A stretch of 61,555 bases of DNA, filler included, from an uncultured bacterium (GTDB lineage Bacteria > Auribacterota > CAZIXI01): the NCBI GenBank assembly GCA_964543115.1. It is 6 parts of 6 records of this genome, joined end to end, with 100 filler letters (N's around TTAATTAATTAA, not from the genome) between each part and the next. Parts side by side here need not be neighbours in the genome. Positions count along the whole stretch, not along the records: positions 10,428 to 20,636 come from CAZIXI010000118.1; positions 20,737 to 30,942 come from CAZIXI010000119.1; 4 more parts are not named here. One strand, given 5' to 3'. The translations under genes were made by a program, and so were the position numbers. Below are positions 20,150-28,889 of this stretch, piece after piece. Below the pieces are notes generated by a model. The model did not search any database. It was not told the origin of the DNA and worked only from the letters and a program-made list of their open reading frames with translations. The first letter of the stretch is position 1; every line of letters starts with the position of its first letter.

Positions 20150-20636
20150 ATGTGTATGCAAAAAGTGTTATCATTATTTATGGTGCTCTCTTTATTTGCT
20201 GGTAATAGTGTTACTTTCCGCGCGGAGGGATTTTCTGGCAAGTTGGCGCCGCCTTCTGAATTACCCCGGGCGGAAGAAATAAAAAACGATTTTCCTGCGC
20301 TGGTTTGGATTAGGGGAGTGAAAATGATAGTAGAAGGAGAACCTGATCCAAAGAAGGAAGAAATCAAGTTTATTGGTAAAAGTCACGGCAATCTTTTGCA
20401 GCTTAACCCGGTTTTGTACCGGGGAAAAAGGTATTGGGCGAAGACGGCACGTGATACTCCGCGATGGTTTGATGATCAAGATACTTATCTTGTGCCGCAG
20501 GCGGAGCTCCTGCATTTTCTCGCCCAACATGGGGTTAAACAGATCAGCCGGGTGAGGCATTTCTTGCAGCTTGAGGATGGCCGTAAGGTTATCCTTTTAG
20601 AAGAGTTTCCGCCGGGACAGACACTGCGACAGAGAA
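20150..20636 (+). CDS. Secreted protein with protein-kinase/APH-like N-lobe, 3' truncated
   Basis: Signal-like N-terminus, LAPPS motif, YWAKT...AELL...ILLEEFPPGQTL; cut by the linker. Confidence 0.5.
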
Positions 20637-20736
20637 NNNNNNNNNNNNNNNNNNNNNNNNNNNNNNNNNNNNNNNNNNNNTTAATTAATTAANNNNNNNN
20701 NNNNNNNNNNNNNNNNNNNNNNNNNNNNNNNNNNNN
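20637..20736. other. Artificial scaffold linker
   Basis: N44-TTAATTAATTAA-N44. Confidence 0.98.
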
Positions 20737-21416
20737 AACGCGCCATGTACTGGAACGATATGAAAGGCGGCCATTGTTCCGGCGGCACCAGTAGCCCCAG
20801 TAACACCTGGTACCTGGCCGAAGGTTATACCGGCGGCACTTACGATACCTGGGTACTGATTCAAAACCCTAATAGTTCTTCCGTTACCTGCACGGTTACC
20901 TATTACATCAATAACGGCACACCCCAATCGGAAGAAATTACAATCGCCGCTAATTCCCGTTACTCCATTCATGTGGATAGCACCCTGGCTGATCATGAGG
21001 TTTCCACCTATATTAATGCCGACACCTCTCAGGTAATTGCCGAACGGGCGATGTACTGGGGTGAAGGAGACAATGCTGACGGCCACTGTACCATGGGCTC
21101 TAAAGCACTCTCCACCTCCTGGTTCCTGGCCGAAGGCTGTACCGGCGGGGATTTTGATGAATATATTCTATTAATGAATCCTTCTACTTATGAGGCAACG
21201 GTAAGCGTTTCCTATTTAAAGACCGACGGCACTAACGTGTCCGGCAACTATACCGTTAGCGGCCAGTCTCGTTATACAATAAATCCCGACGGTATTTCCG
21301 GCCTGGAAAGCGCGTCTTTCTCCGCCAGTATTACATCAACTATTCCCATTGCCGTTGAACGGGCAATGTATATCGGCACCACCGGCGGCCATTGCAGCCG
21401 GGGTATGCGCCAATGA
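20737..21416 (+). CDS. C-terminal fragment of a surface protein with WY[LF]AEG (DUF5719-like) repeats
   Basis: TWYLAEGYTGG...LIQNP...ERAMYW units; closely similar to 24085-24760. Confidence 0.8.
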
Positions 21417-21420
21417 TTAA

Positions 21421-21478
21421 ATTTCGGATTTGCGATTTTGGATTTCGGATTTTTTACAGCTGAAATCTAAAATCGAAA
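21421..21478. repeat. Heptamer (ATTTCGG-type) imperfect palindromic array
   Basis: ATTTCGG ATTTGCG ATTTTGG ATTTCGG followed by the inverted arm GAAATCTAAAATCGAAA. Confidence 0.7.
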
Positions 21479-21487
21479 GGAGGAGTT

Positions 21488-24400
21488 ATGAACAAAGGAT
21501 ATCTTTGTGGTGTTGTTTTATTAGTGTTGCTATTAACAGCAACAACGGGTTACTGCCTGGAGGACTGGAAGAACCTTGGACTGTATGGTGGGTCAGTGGC
21601 CCAAGTGGCCATTGATGCCCATATCACGGCCGCAGAAGACCACTATACCTATTGCCGCACTAGTTCGCCGGTTTGGCTGTTCAAGTCCCGGCCGGCAGGC
21701 GGCAGCGGCTGGGTTAAACTGGATTTTCCTAACTCTGCTGGCCCGACAGCTATCAATACCACGCAGAACAACGGCTATCTCTATGCCGCTTCAGCTGCTT
21801 CACTGTATTATTCCACGGACGGAGGGACTACCTGGACAGAGGTTAGTGATGTGGTAAACGGCAGCGCGATTGATGTATCGGCCGGTAACACCGTTTACGT
21901 GGGTGCTAACGATAGCACTATCACCACTCAAAAGAATATTTTTGTCAGCAGTGATGACGGCGCTACCTGGACCGCTAAGTTGAGCAGCCCGTTAACCGCC
22001 AACGGTTTTACCGATATTAATGTTTCCGGCGATGATGCCTATGTCTGGGCATCAGTGCAAGGATCGGGCACTGTTTACCGCTGGTTAACCACCGGCAGCA
22101 GTTGGATCCAATCCAACTTTGACCTGACATTAGGCCTCCCTGGCTTTAGAGCCACTTATATAACCGTAGACGCCATCAACAGTGCTATAGTTTTTATTGC
22201 CGGTATAGACAACACCGGCGCCAGTTATCTGTTGAGGACAACTGACGGTACAGCAGTTGCACCTACCTTTGACAACATCACGCCGGTAAATCCGGGTACC
22301 GGTAAGGTCTGGATCCGTGACGATTCCACTAAACTTTATCATGACAACAACTACAGCACAGACAATGGTACCAATTGGACCGCACTACCCAATCCAAGCA
22401 CAATTAACAATCTCAACGCTGTTCTCTACATGTGTCCGGTTGAAAACAATGTTCTCTATGCCACTACCGACCAGGGAATCGCGTTGAGTGATGACGCCGG
22501 CACCAGCTTTACCGCCAATGACACCGGCCTTACCGCTGTTCAGGTGGAAGGCGGAGTGCAGAATCCCAGTGACAGCACCAACCTGGTCATTGTCTCCAAA
22601 AGCGGCGTCGGCCGCAGCACCGACACCGGCATTAACTGGTCCTTTGTTACCCACGGCAATCCCTGGACATCCCTGGCCGTTGACTCCAACGGCGCCTATT
22701 TTTATGCCGGCGACACCCAGGGCGACGTGGAATATAGCCCCGATGGCGGCGCAATCTGGACCTCTACCGGATTGGGCCCCGATGTAGCCTCTGCCCTGGG
22801 CACATCAACTTCCCATAAAATATGTCTGGATCCGGTTTCCGACACAATTATCTACACAGCCATTGCTACATCCGATTGGTCAAATGGCGCGGTTTATAAA
22901 CTTACCCGCAGCGGCAACAGTTTCACCAACCAGCAAATAGCCGGCACAACCGGTGTCCCGGCAATTTGCGTCCACAGCTATGATAACGCCGGCGCCTCGG
23001 TCATCCTGTTTGCCTATGGCGATAAAACCGCTAACACCGTAACTGCCGCCACCAAACGCAGCCCTGATGGCGGTGGCACCTGGGCCACGGTAGCGGACCT
23101 GGCCGGTTATGTGGTTCAATGTATTACCGCTGACCCCAATACCAACACGACTTTGTACGCCGGCACTGGCTACAACACCACCCACACCTGGACCGACAAC
23201 AGCGGAACAATTTTTAAAAGCACAGACGGCGGCGTTAACTGGAACAACCTCAACCCGAACAGCGGCAATGTAGGTGCCTTTAGTTCGATTGTTGTTGACC
23301 CGGCAGATTCCAGCAAAATCTATGCCGCCTGTAAGAACATTATTTATGCCAGTCTGGATTCCGGCGCCACCTGGTTCAGATACTATGTAGGCGAAAGCGC
23401 GGAAACATTCTTGAGCCTTTTCATGTACCAGTCCGCCAGCTCAACAGCGGCTAATCTGGCTCAAACAACGCCCCTGGCCACAACCTACTCCCTGGCCCTG
23501 GGCTCCCAGCAGGGACTTTATCTCTGGGGAACCTCCACTGAATGGTATCTGGCCGAGGGTTGTACCAGCGGTGAATTTGACACCTGGCTCCTGATCGCCA
23601 ATCCACAGGCCGCAACGGCAACAGCCACGGTGACCTACTACACCGCTGATGATTCTTCTTCTCAACAATACACTATCGATCCCACTTCCCGTTACAGTAT
23701 TCATGTTGATGCTGTTTCCGGCCTGGAAAGCACCGATGTTTCCATGAAAATAACCTCTGATCAATCGGTAACCTGTGAACGGGCGCTTTACTGGAACAAT
23801 ATGGCCCGGGGTCACGACACTATTGGCGTAACCGCGCCTTCCACCACCTGGTACTTTGCCGAAGGCTGCACCAATAATTTTGATCAGTATATCCTGTTAA
23901 TGAATCCCAATAGCACCACCGCTAATGTGGCCCTGACCTTTATGGACCCGGATGGCAACACCCAAATAAGCACAACCACTGTTGATGTTAACAGGAGAAA
24001 GACCATCCATGTTAATAATGAAACGGACTATAGTGATCTTTCCACTAAGGTTGAATCTGACGTACCCATTGTGGCTGAACGGTCCATGTACTGGAACTCT
24101 ATGGCCAGCGGCCACTGCACCGTGGGCACAACCAGCCCCAGTAACAGCTGGTATTTCCCGGAAGGATATACCGGCGGGTATTACGATACCTGGGTACTTA
24201 TCCAGAATCCCAACCCCGCTTCCGCTACCTGCACCGTTAATTATTACCTTAACGGTCAGGACGCCCAGCAGGAAACGGTAACGGTTGGCGCCAACTCCCG
24301 TTATTCCATCCATCTGGATGCGGTCAACGACATCATGGCTGACGCCGAGGTATCCACCTATATTGATGCCGGCACATCCCAGGTAATCGCGGAACGGTCC

Positions 24401-24760
24401 ATGTACTGGAACGGAGAGGACGGTGACGGCAGCTGTTCTATCGGCGCCAAGGCCCTGGCCACTACCTGGTACCTGGCCGAAGGCTGCACCAATGGCTTTA
24501 ACGAATATATTCTGCTGATGAACCCCAATAGTTCCAGCGCCACGGTCAGTGTGTCCTACCTGAAAGATGACGGCACAACCGTATCCGGCAGTTATACAGT
24601 GGAGCCAACTTCCCGCTATACAATTCATGTAAATAACATTGAAGGATTGACCAGCGCTTCCCTGTCCGCCAGTATTACCTCTACCCAGCCCATTGCCGTT
24701 GAACGGGCAATGTACTTTGGTGACTTTGGCGGAAACGTGAGTATCGGACAGCGCAAGTAA
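21488..24760 (+). CDS. 1090-aa secreted Asp-box (BNR/VPS10-like) beta-propeller protein with four C-terminal WY[LF]AEG repeats
   Basis: SD AGGAGG; signal peptide; about ten S-x-D-x-G-x-x-W boxes; four WYxxEG...NP...ER.MY units. Confidence 0.88.
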   Translation: MNKGYLCGVVLLVLLLTATTGYCLEDWKNLGLYGGSVAQVAIDAHITAAEDHYTYCRTSSPVWLFKSRPAGGSGWVKLDFPNSAGPTAINTTQNNGYLYAASAASLYYSTDGGTTWTEVSDVVNGSAIDVSAGNTVYVGANDSTITTQKNIFVSSDDGATWTAKLSSPLTANGFTDINVSGDDAYVWASVQGSGTVYRWLTTGSSWIQSNFDLTLGLPGFRATYITVDAINSAIVFIAGIDNTGASYLLRTTDGTAVAPTFDNITPVNPGTGKVWIRDDSTKLYHDNNYSTDNGTNWTALPNPSTINNLNAVLYMCPVENNVLYATTDQGIALSDDAGTSFTANDTGLTAVQVEGGVQNPSDSTNLVIVSKSGVGRSTDTGINWSFVTHGNPWTSLAVDSNGAYFYAGDTQGDVEYSPDGGAIWTSTGLGPDVASALGTSTSHKICLDPVSDTIIYTAIATSDWSNGAVYKLTRSGNSFTNQQIAGTTGVPAICVHSYDNAGASVILFAYGDKTANTVTAATKRSPDGGGTWATVADLAGYVVQCITADPNTNTTLYAGTGYNTTHTWTDNSGTIFKSTDGGVNWNNLNPNSGNVGAFSSIVVDPADSSKIYAACKNIIYASLDSGATWFRYYVGESAETFLSLFMYQSASSTAANLAQTTPLATTYSLALGSQQGLYLWGTSTEWYLAEGCTSGEFDTWLLIANPQAATATATVTYYTADDSSSQQYTIDPTSRYSIHVDAVSGLESTDVSMKITSDQSVTCERALYWNNMARGHDTIGVTAPSTTWYFAEGCTNNFDQYILLMNPNSTTANVALTFMDPDGNTQISTTTVDVNRRKTIHVNNETDYSDLSTKVESDVPIVAERSMYWNSMASGHCTVGTTSPSNSWYFPEGYTGGYYDTWVLIQNPNPASATCTVNYYLNGQDAQQETVTVGANSRYSIHLDAVNDIMADAEVSTYIDAGTSQVIAERSMYWNGEDGDGSCSIGAKALATTWYLAEGCTNGFNEYILLMNPNSSSATVSVSYLKDDGTTVSGSYTVEPTSRYTIHVNNIEGLTSASLSASITSTQPIAVERAMYFGDFGGNVSIGQRK

Positions 24761-24784
24761 TTGATATACCCGCAATTAAAATAA

Positions 24785-24836
24785 GGGACAGTCTATAACC
24801 ATTCCAATAATGGCAGTCCCAAGCGGAGCTTGGGAT
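24785..24836 (+). repeat. REP-like element family X, copy B
   Basis: GGGACAGTCTATAACCATTCCAATAATGGCAGTCCCAAGC-GGA-GCTTGGGAT. Confidence 0.8.
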
Positions 24837-24922
24837 CAGGCCTAAAAAATGCCTGGTCCCTTATTTTTTGTTACCCCCCTGGCAGGAAATCTGCTATAAT
24901 GCCCCAACAAAAGGAGGATACT

Positions 24923-25483
24923 ATGAAACTTCGTTATTTTGTGGTGTCGTTAGTTATTGTAGGCCTTATAATTACCAGCACAGCCTTTGGCCGCAGCAAA
25001 ATAAGGAACCGGAACCTTTATCGTCTGGTTGCGGGGAAACCGCTAACGGTTTATTTGGACTCTTTTAAGTCCGACTCCGACAAAATATCTCCTGATCTAT
25101 TTCAAAAAACCGTTAAAGAAACCATGCTTAACCGCCTAACGGAAAAATTCATAATCACAACGACTAAAGCGGAAGCCCAGATTGCCGTAAGCGCCGACCT
25201 GCTCAGCTACAGATATCTGGAAGAGGACCCTCCGGACCAGATCGTCGGCGGGGTAAGCGGGTTTATCGTCGATTGTGTAGTTAAACAGAACTATGCGGAT
25301 GTAAAGGTAAAATTTACGGTAAGGCGCGTCAAGGATGACAGAAGATTATGGCACAGAACATTTAAGACCTCGGTCACCCGCGGCAATATGCCGGAAGATG
25401 AGGCTATTCCCCGAGTGCTTAACGACTGCGCGGTACGGTTTATCGACCTCTGTTTCGGCGAACCACGCCAGGACAATTTATAA
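24923..25483 (+). CDS. Hypothetical secreted protein
   Basis: SD AGGAGG before ATG 24923, extended -10 TGCTATAAT at 24892-24900, signal peptide MKLRYFVVSLVIVGLIITSTAFG. Confidence 0.7.
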   Translation: MKLRYFVVSLVIVGLIITSTAFGRSKIRNRNLYRLVAGKPLTVYLDSFKSDSDKISPDLFQKTVKETMLNRLTEKFIITTTKAEAQIAVSADLLSYRYLEEDPPDQIVGGVSGFIVDCVVKQNYADVKVKFTVRRVKDDRRLWHRTFKTSVTRGNMPEDEAIPRVLNDCAVRFIDLCFGEPRQDNL

Positions 25484-25492
25484 ATCTATAGT

Positions 25493-25573
25493 CACGGATT
25501 ACACAAACAATCTTTGCTCTTCAGCAATCGATTGTTGAATTACTCTTAACTACATGTTTTAATCAGTGTAATC
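25493..25573. repeat. Intergenic palindromic element (GATTACAC/GTGTAATC arms)
   Basis: CACGGATTACAC ... AATCAGTGTAATC. Confidence 0.5.
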
Positions 25574-25608
25574 ACCGGCTATTACTATTTCACCATTAAG
25601 GAAATACT

Positions 25609-26541
25609 ATGGAAATCGGTATCGCTAAAGAACGCGCCGCCAGCAGCAAAGAAGTACGGATTATTCTGCTCCCGCCGGAAGTAAAGAAAATCGTCCAGGC
25701 CGGCCATAAGGTATTTGTAGAAAAAAATGCCGCTATTGGTATTTATATAAACGACAATGAATATAAAGCAGCCGGCGCGGCAATCGTCAACCAGCCGCAG
25801 AAAATATTCAACAAACAACTGGTGGTTAAGATCAAACCTCCCCGGACCCGGGAATTCCGCCTGATGAAAGGCAACATTCTCTTCTCCATGATTCACGCCG
25901 AACAGAATCCGCATTACGTCCGGCAAATCCGCGAACGCAATGTCAAGGCCGTAGCCATGGAGGAAGTTAAAGACAGCTATGGGGAAAGGCTCATCGAATG
26001 TACGGCCATGACCGGCAGCCAGGGAATGCTGATGGCCTTCCACCATTCGCCAAAGATCCCCAGTGAATGCCGGGTCTTAATCCTCGGCTATGGCCATGTA
26101 GCTACCGGGGCGATCAGGGCGGCCAACCAGCTGGAGGCAAAAGTAAGAATAATGCGCAGGCATGAATACAGTAATATTGAACATTTCCTCAAAGGAAAAG
26201 ACATTATTGTTAATGCCATCCGCTGGCCCAAACCACTGCGGGAAAGAGGTAATTACCTCATCACCAGAAAGATGCTGAAACTGCTAAATCCGGGAGCGAT
26301 TATCCTTGATCTATCAGTTGATTATCCCAATCCCATCGAAACCTGTCATCCCACATTCCTAAATAATCCTTTCTACTTCAGAGACGGGGTAAAACACATT
26401 TCTATTTACGGTTATCCCGGCCTGACACCGGTATCCAGTTCCTCCCGCTACAGCCGCCAAGCATGCCCACTAATCCTAAAAATTGCCAATAAAGGTTTGC
26501 CGAATTGCCCCCAGTACATTAAACGGGCGATCATTGCCTGA
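25609..26541 (+). CDS. Alanine dehydrogenase/PNT-superfamily oxidoreductase resembling N5-(carboxyethyl)ornithine synthase
   Basis: IGIAKE...EVRIILLP...VFVEKNAA...VVKIK, Rossmann LILGYGHVATG, IILDLSVD; 310 aa. Confidence 0.75.
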   Translation: MEIGIAKERAASSKEVRIILLPPEVKKIVQAGHKVFVEKNAAIGIYINDNEYKAAGAAIVNQPQKIFNKQLVVKIKPPRTREFRLMKGNILFSMIHAEQNPHYVRQIRERNVKAVAMEEVKDSYGERLIECTAMTGSQGMLMAFHHSPKIPSECRVLILGYGHVATGAIRAANQLEAKVRIMRRHEYSNIEHFLKGKDIIVNAIRWPKPLRERGNYLITRKMLKLLNPGAIILDLSVDYPNPIETCHPTFLNNPFYFRDGVKHISIYGYPGLTPVSSSSRYSRQACPLILKIANKGLPNCPQYIKRAIIA

Positions 26542-27572
26542 TGAAAACCAAGACCCTGCTCATTATCGGAGATCCCTCAAAAAAGAAACGGACAGAGACC
26601 AGTTCTTTCTCTAAATTCAAAAACTACACTGATTATTTAACAAGAAAAAAGATAGATTACACCTTCCTTAGTTATCGCGCTTTATTAAGCAAAAAAACGC
26701 CAGTCATTGATTCTGACAGTATGACCGTGCTCTTATTTTTCCCTTATATTTACTGGAACAGGCACGTGGAAAATTATGAGGACCGGCGGATTTACGGAGA
26801 TCATACCTTTGGCAAGCTTTACAGGCAGTATTTCACCATCGTAGATAAACAACTGCGACAGGTTTACAAAAANNNNNNNNNNCACCCTGCCAGCATTGCT
26901 ATTGATCGCGACAAAAAAACAGTAAAAGAAATATTTTCCCGGCACGGCATTCCCACACCCCGGATTATCAGCTTTAAAAAGCCGACGGATGTTACAAAAC
27001 TGCTGGCCCGGGGCAATCAGTTATACATCAAACCACGTTATGGCGCTATGGGCAAAGGAATCAGCTATCTGGAGCGGGGAATGTGGCTCACCAACTTTTC
27101 CCAGCGCAAAGGCAAGATTACCAGCCCCCGCTATGATTACCGCTGGAAGATCAAAGAGTTCACCAACAATACCAATTTCCTGCGGCAGCTTCTCCGCGCC
27201 GGCTCCATTTGCGAACAGGCTATTGTTACGCCCCGAATCAAACGACAGAAATTTGACCTCCGTATCTATGTTATCTTTGGCCGGGTCCCCTATCTTTACG
27301 CCCGGGCCACTTACAATCATAAATACGTCACTAATTGGTCACAGGGCGGCAGAAAGAGGACTCACAGCATTCTCAACGGCATCCCCCCGGCCAGGCTCAA
27401 GGCCGCCAAACAACTGGCCATTAAAACAGCAGCGGCGCTGAAAATGAATTTTTGCGGAATTGATATTATCTTCTCCAAAGGATTCAAAAAGGCCTACGTT
27501 CTCGAGGCCCAGTCCTTCCCCTCCAGCGAAAGAGGCTTCGATCTCTTCAAATACCTCATCAATTGTTTATAA
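26541..27572 (+). CDS. ATP-grasp ligase (RimK/YheCD-like); 10-N gap at 26873-26882
   Basis: DKKTVKE...IPTP, YIKPRYGAMGKGI, FDLRIYV, TNWSQGG, GIDII, VLEAQSFP; TG-A-TG overlap with the upstream gene. Confidence 0.85.
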   Translation: MKTKTLLIIGDPSKKKRTETSSFSKFKNYTDYLTRKKIDYTFLSYRALLSKKTPVIDSDSMTVLLFFPYIYWNRHVENYEDRRIYGDHTFGKLYRQYFTIVDKQLRQVYKXXXXHPASIAIDRDKKTVKEIFSRHGIPTPRIISFKKPTDVTKLLARGNQLYIKPRYGAMGKGISYLERGMWLTNFSQRKGKITSPRYDYRWKIKEFTNNTNFLRQLLRAGSICEQAIVTPRIKRQKFDLRIYVIFGRVPYLYARATYNHKYVTNWSQGGRKRTHSILNGIPPARLKAAKQLAIKTAAALKMNFCGIDIIFSKGFKKAYVLEAQSFPSSERGFDLFKYLINCL

Positions 27573-27578
27573 CGCGAA

Positions 27579-28400
27579 TTACAATGTAGACAATATTTGC
27601 TTTAATTCCTGCGGCAGGGGTTTTTCGAAGGTTATTCTTTTATGGGTTTTAGGATGGCTGAAGCTTATTTTAGCGGCATGGAGGAAGTGGCCGGTTAGCG
27701 GTAATACATCTTTATCCCGCTGTTTTCTATTCTGGTATAACTTATCTCCGGCCAAGGGATAGCCCAGCCAGGACAACTGCACCCTCACCTGATGGCGCAG
27801 GCCAGTGCTGGTAGAGAGCTTAACCAGAGTGTAATTATTATATTCCTTGATTGGCTCGTACAAGCTCACGGCCCGGCGCGCTTTATATTGCCGCGCTTCC
27901 TTAGCCGCAACAACAATCATCTTTTTTTTCGATTTTTTGCTATGGGCAATATAGCTGGCAATCCTGTCAGATTCCTTAACCCGTCCCAAGCTTCGCTTGG
28001 GACTGCTATAGAGGTTCATTATAGACCGCCCCTTCGCTGCGCTCGGGACTGCTATTAGAGGAATGGATATAGACCGTCCCAAGACCAGGGCCAGATATTC
28101 CTTCTGCACCTGTTTCTTCCTAAACTGTTCCCTTAGTGCCAGCCAGCACTCTCTTTTCCTGGCCGCAATCAGCAGCCCGGAAGTATCATTATCCAGTCTC
28201 TGTACCAGACCAGCCTCCAGCGCATTATTACCGATAAAGGCTAATTCGGGAAATTTGTCCAGCAGGCTACCAGCCAAAGTCCCCTCTTCCTCAGCCCGCA
28301 ACGGTAGAGAGGGTATTCCCCGGGGCTTGTTTAAGATTATTATTTCCTCATCAAGATATTCGACGATACTCATCTGCCTCTCCTGGAAGATATTAGCCAA
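27579..28400 (-). CDS. RluA-family pseudouridine synthase with a 31-aa in-frame repeat insertion
   Basis: NKPRG, QRLDNDTSGLL (catalytic Asp), KEYLALVLG, TGLRHQVRVQL, PLAGDKLY, LHAAKISFSHP; start may be ATG 28373. Confidence 0.9.
   Translation of the reverse strand: MANIFQERQMSIVEYLDEEIIILNKPRGIPSLPLRAEEEGTLAGSLLDKFPELAFIGNNALEAGLVQRLDNDTSGLLIAARKRECWLALREQFRKKQVQKEYLALVLGRSISIPLIAVPSAAKGRSIMNLYSSPKRSLGRVKESDRIASYIAHSKKSKKKMIVVAAKEARQYKARRAVSLYEPIKEYNNYTLVKLSTSTGLRHQVRVQLSWLGYPLAGDKLYQNRKQRDKDVLPLTGHFLHAAKISFSHPKTHKRITFEKPLPQELKQILSTL
27981..28083 (-). repeat. REP-like element family X, copy C (tandem dimer) inside the RluA CDS
   Basis: 10-bp direct repeat CCGTCCCAAG at 27981-27990 and 28074-28083, 93 bp apart; two GGG(A/G)CGGTCTATA...AGCAGTCCC units. 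Confidence 0.85.
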
Positions 28401-28466
28401 TAATTATAATATAATAAAATACTTGTATATAATATATTATTATGATAATATTTCCCAACATGCCAA

Positions 28467-28889
28467 TTGAGGTATACTATGAAAAAAGTTGAAATAACCA
28501 AAAATGGTATTTTATATGCCTTACTCTGTACTGGCAAGGGATTTAATCAGGGCCTTAACTTCCTGACAAAAGACGAAGACTTTCTCCAGGCCGCTACCTG
28601 GAACTATAAAAAAGGCAGGCAATTGGGTCCGCATGCCCATCTACACTGCGAACGGCAAGCAGATCTGACACAAGAATTTATCTATATAAAGAAAGGATCC
28701 CTGGAAGCGACATTTTACGATAAAAATGATCAAATAATCAGTAAACATATTTTACAAGCGGGTGATTTTGCCCTGCTTTTTGCCGGCGGTCACGGTTACC
28801 TAGTCCAGGAAGATGACACGGAAGTAATCGAAATAAAAAACGGCCCCTATGCCGGCCCGGAAAAAGACAGAAGAAAAATCGCGATATGA
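28467..28889 (+). CDS. WbuC-like cupin-fold metalloprotein
   Basis: PHAH, QEFIYI, GGHG, EIKNGPY motifs; heads a nucleotide-sugar cluster. Confidence 0.7.
   Translation: MRYTMKKVEITKNGILYALLCTGKGFNQGLNFLTKDEDFLQAATWNYKKGRQLGPHAHLHCERQADLTQEFIYIKKGSLEATFYDKNDQIISKHILQAGDFALLFAGGHGYLVQEDDTEVIEIKNGPYAGPEKDRRKIAI

Noticed and set aside
21421..21478. Short repeat arrays as possible CRISPR
   Set aside because: 7-bp units without unique spacers; no cas genes in the window.
23897..24775. 292-aa minus-strand ORF and similar long antisense ORFs in the surface-protein genes
   Set aside because: Antisense to well-supported genes with biased codon use; no motifs or SD.
24880..24895. Sigma54-like TGGCAG-N5-CTGC upstream of 24923
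   Set aside because: Weaker match, and it overlaps a perfect extended -10 (TGCTATAAT) that explains the site better.
26873..26882. Apparent disruption of the ATP-grasp gene (also the gap at 56241-56250)
   Set aside because: 10-N scaffolding gaps of nominal length; not evidence of pseudogenisation.
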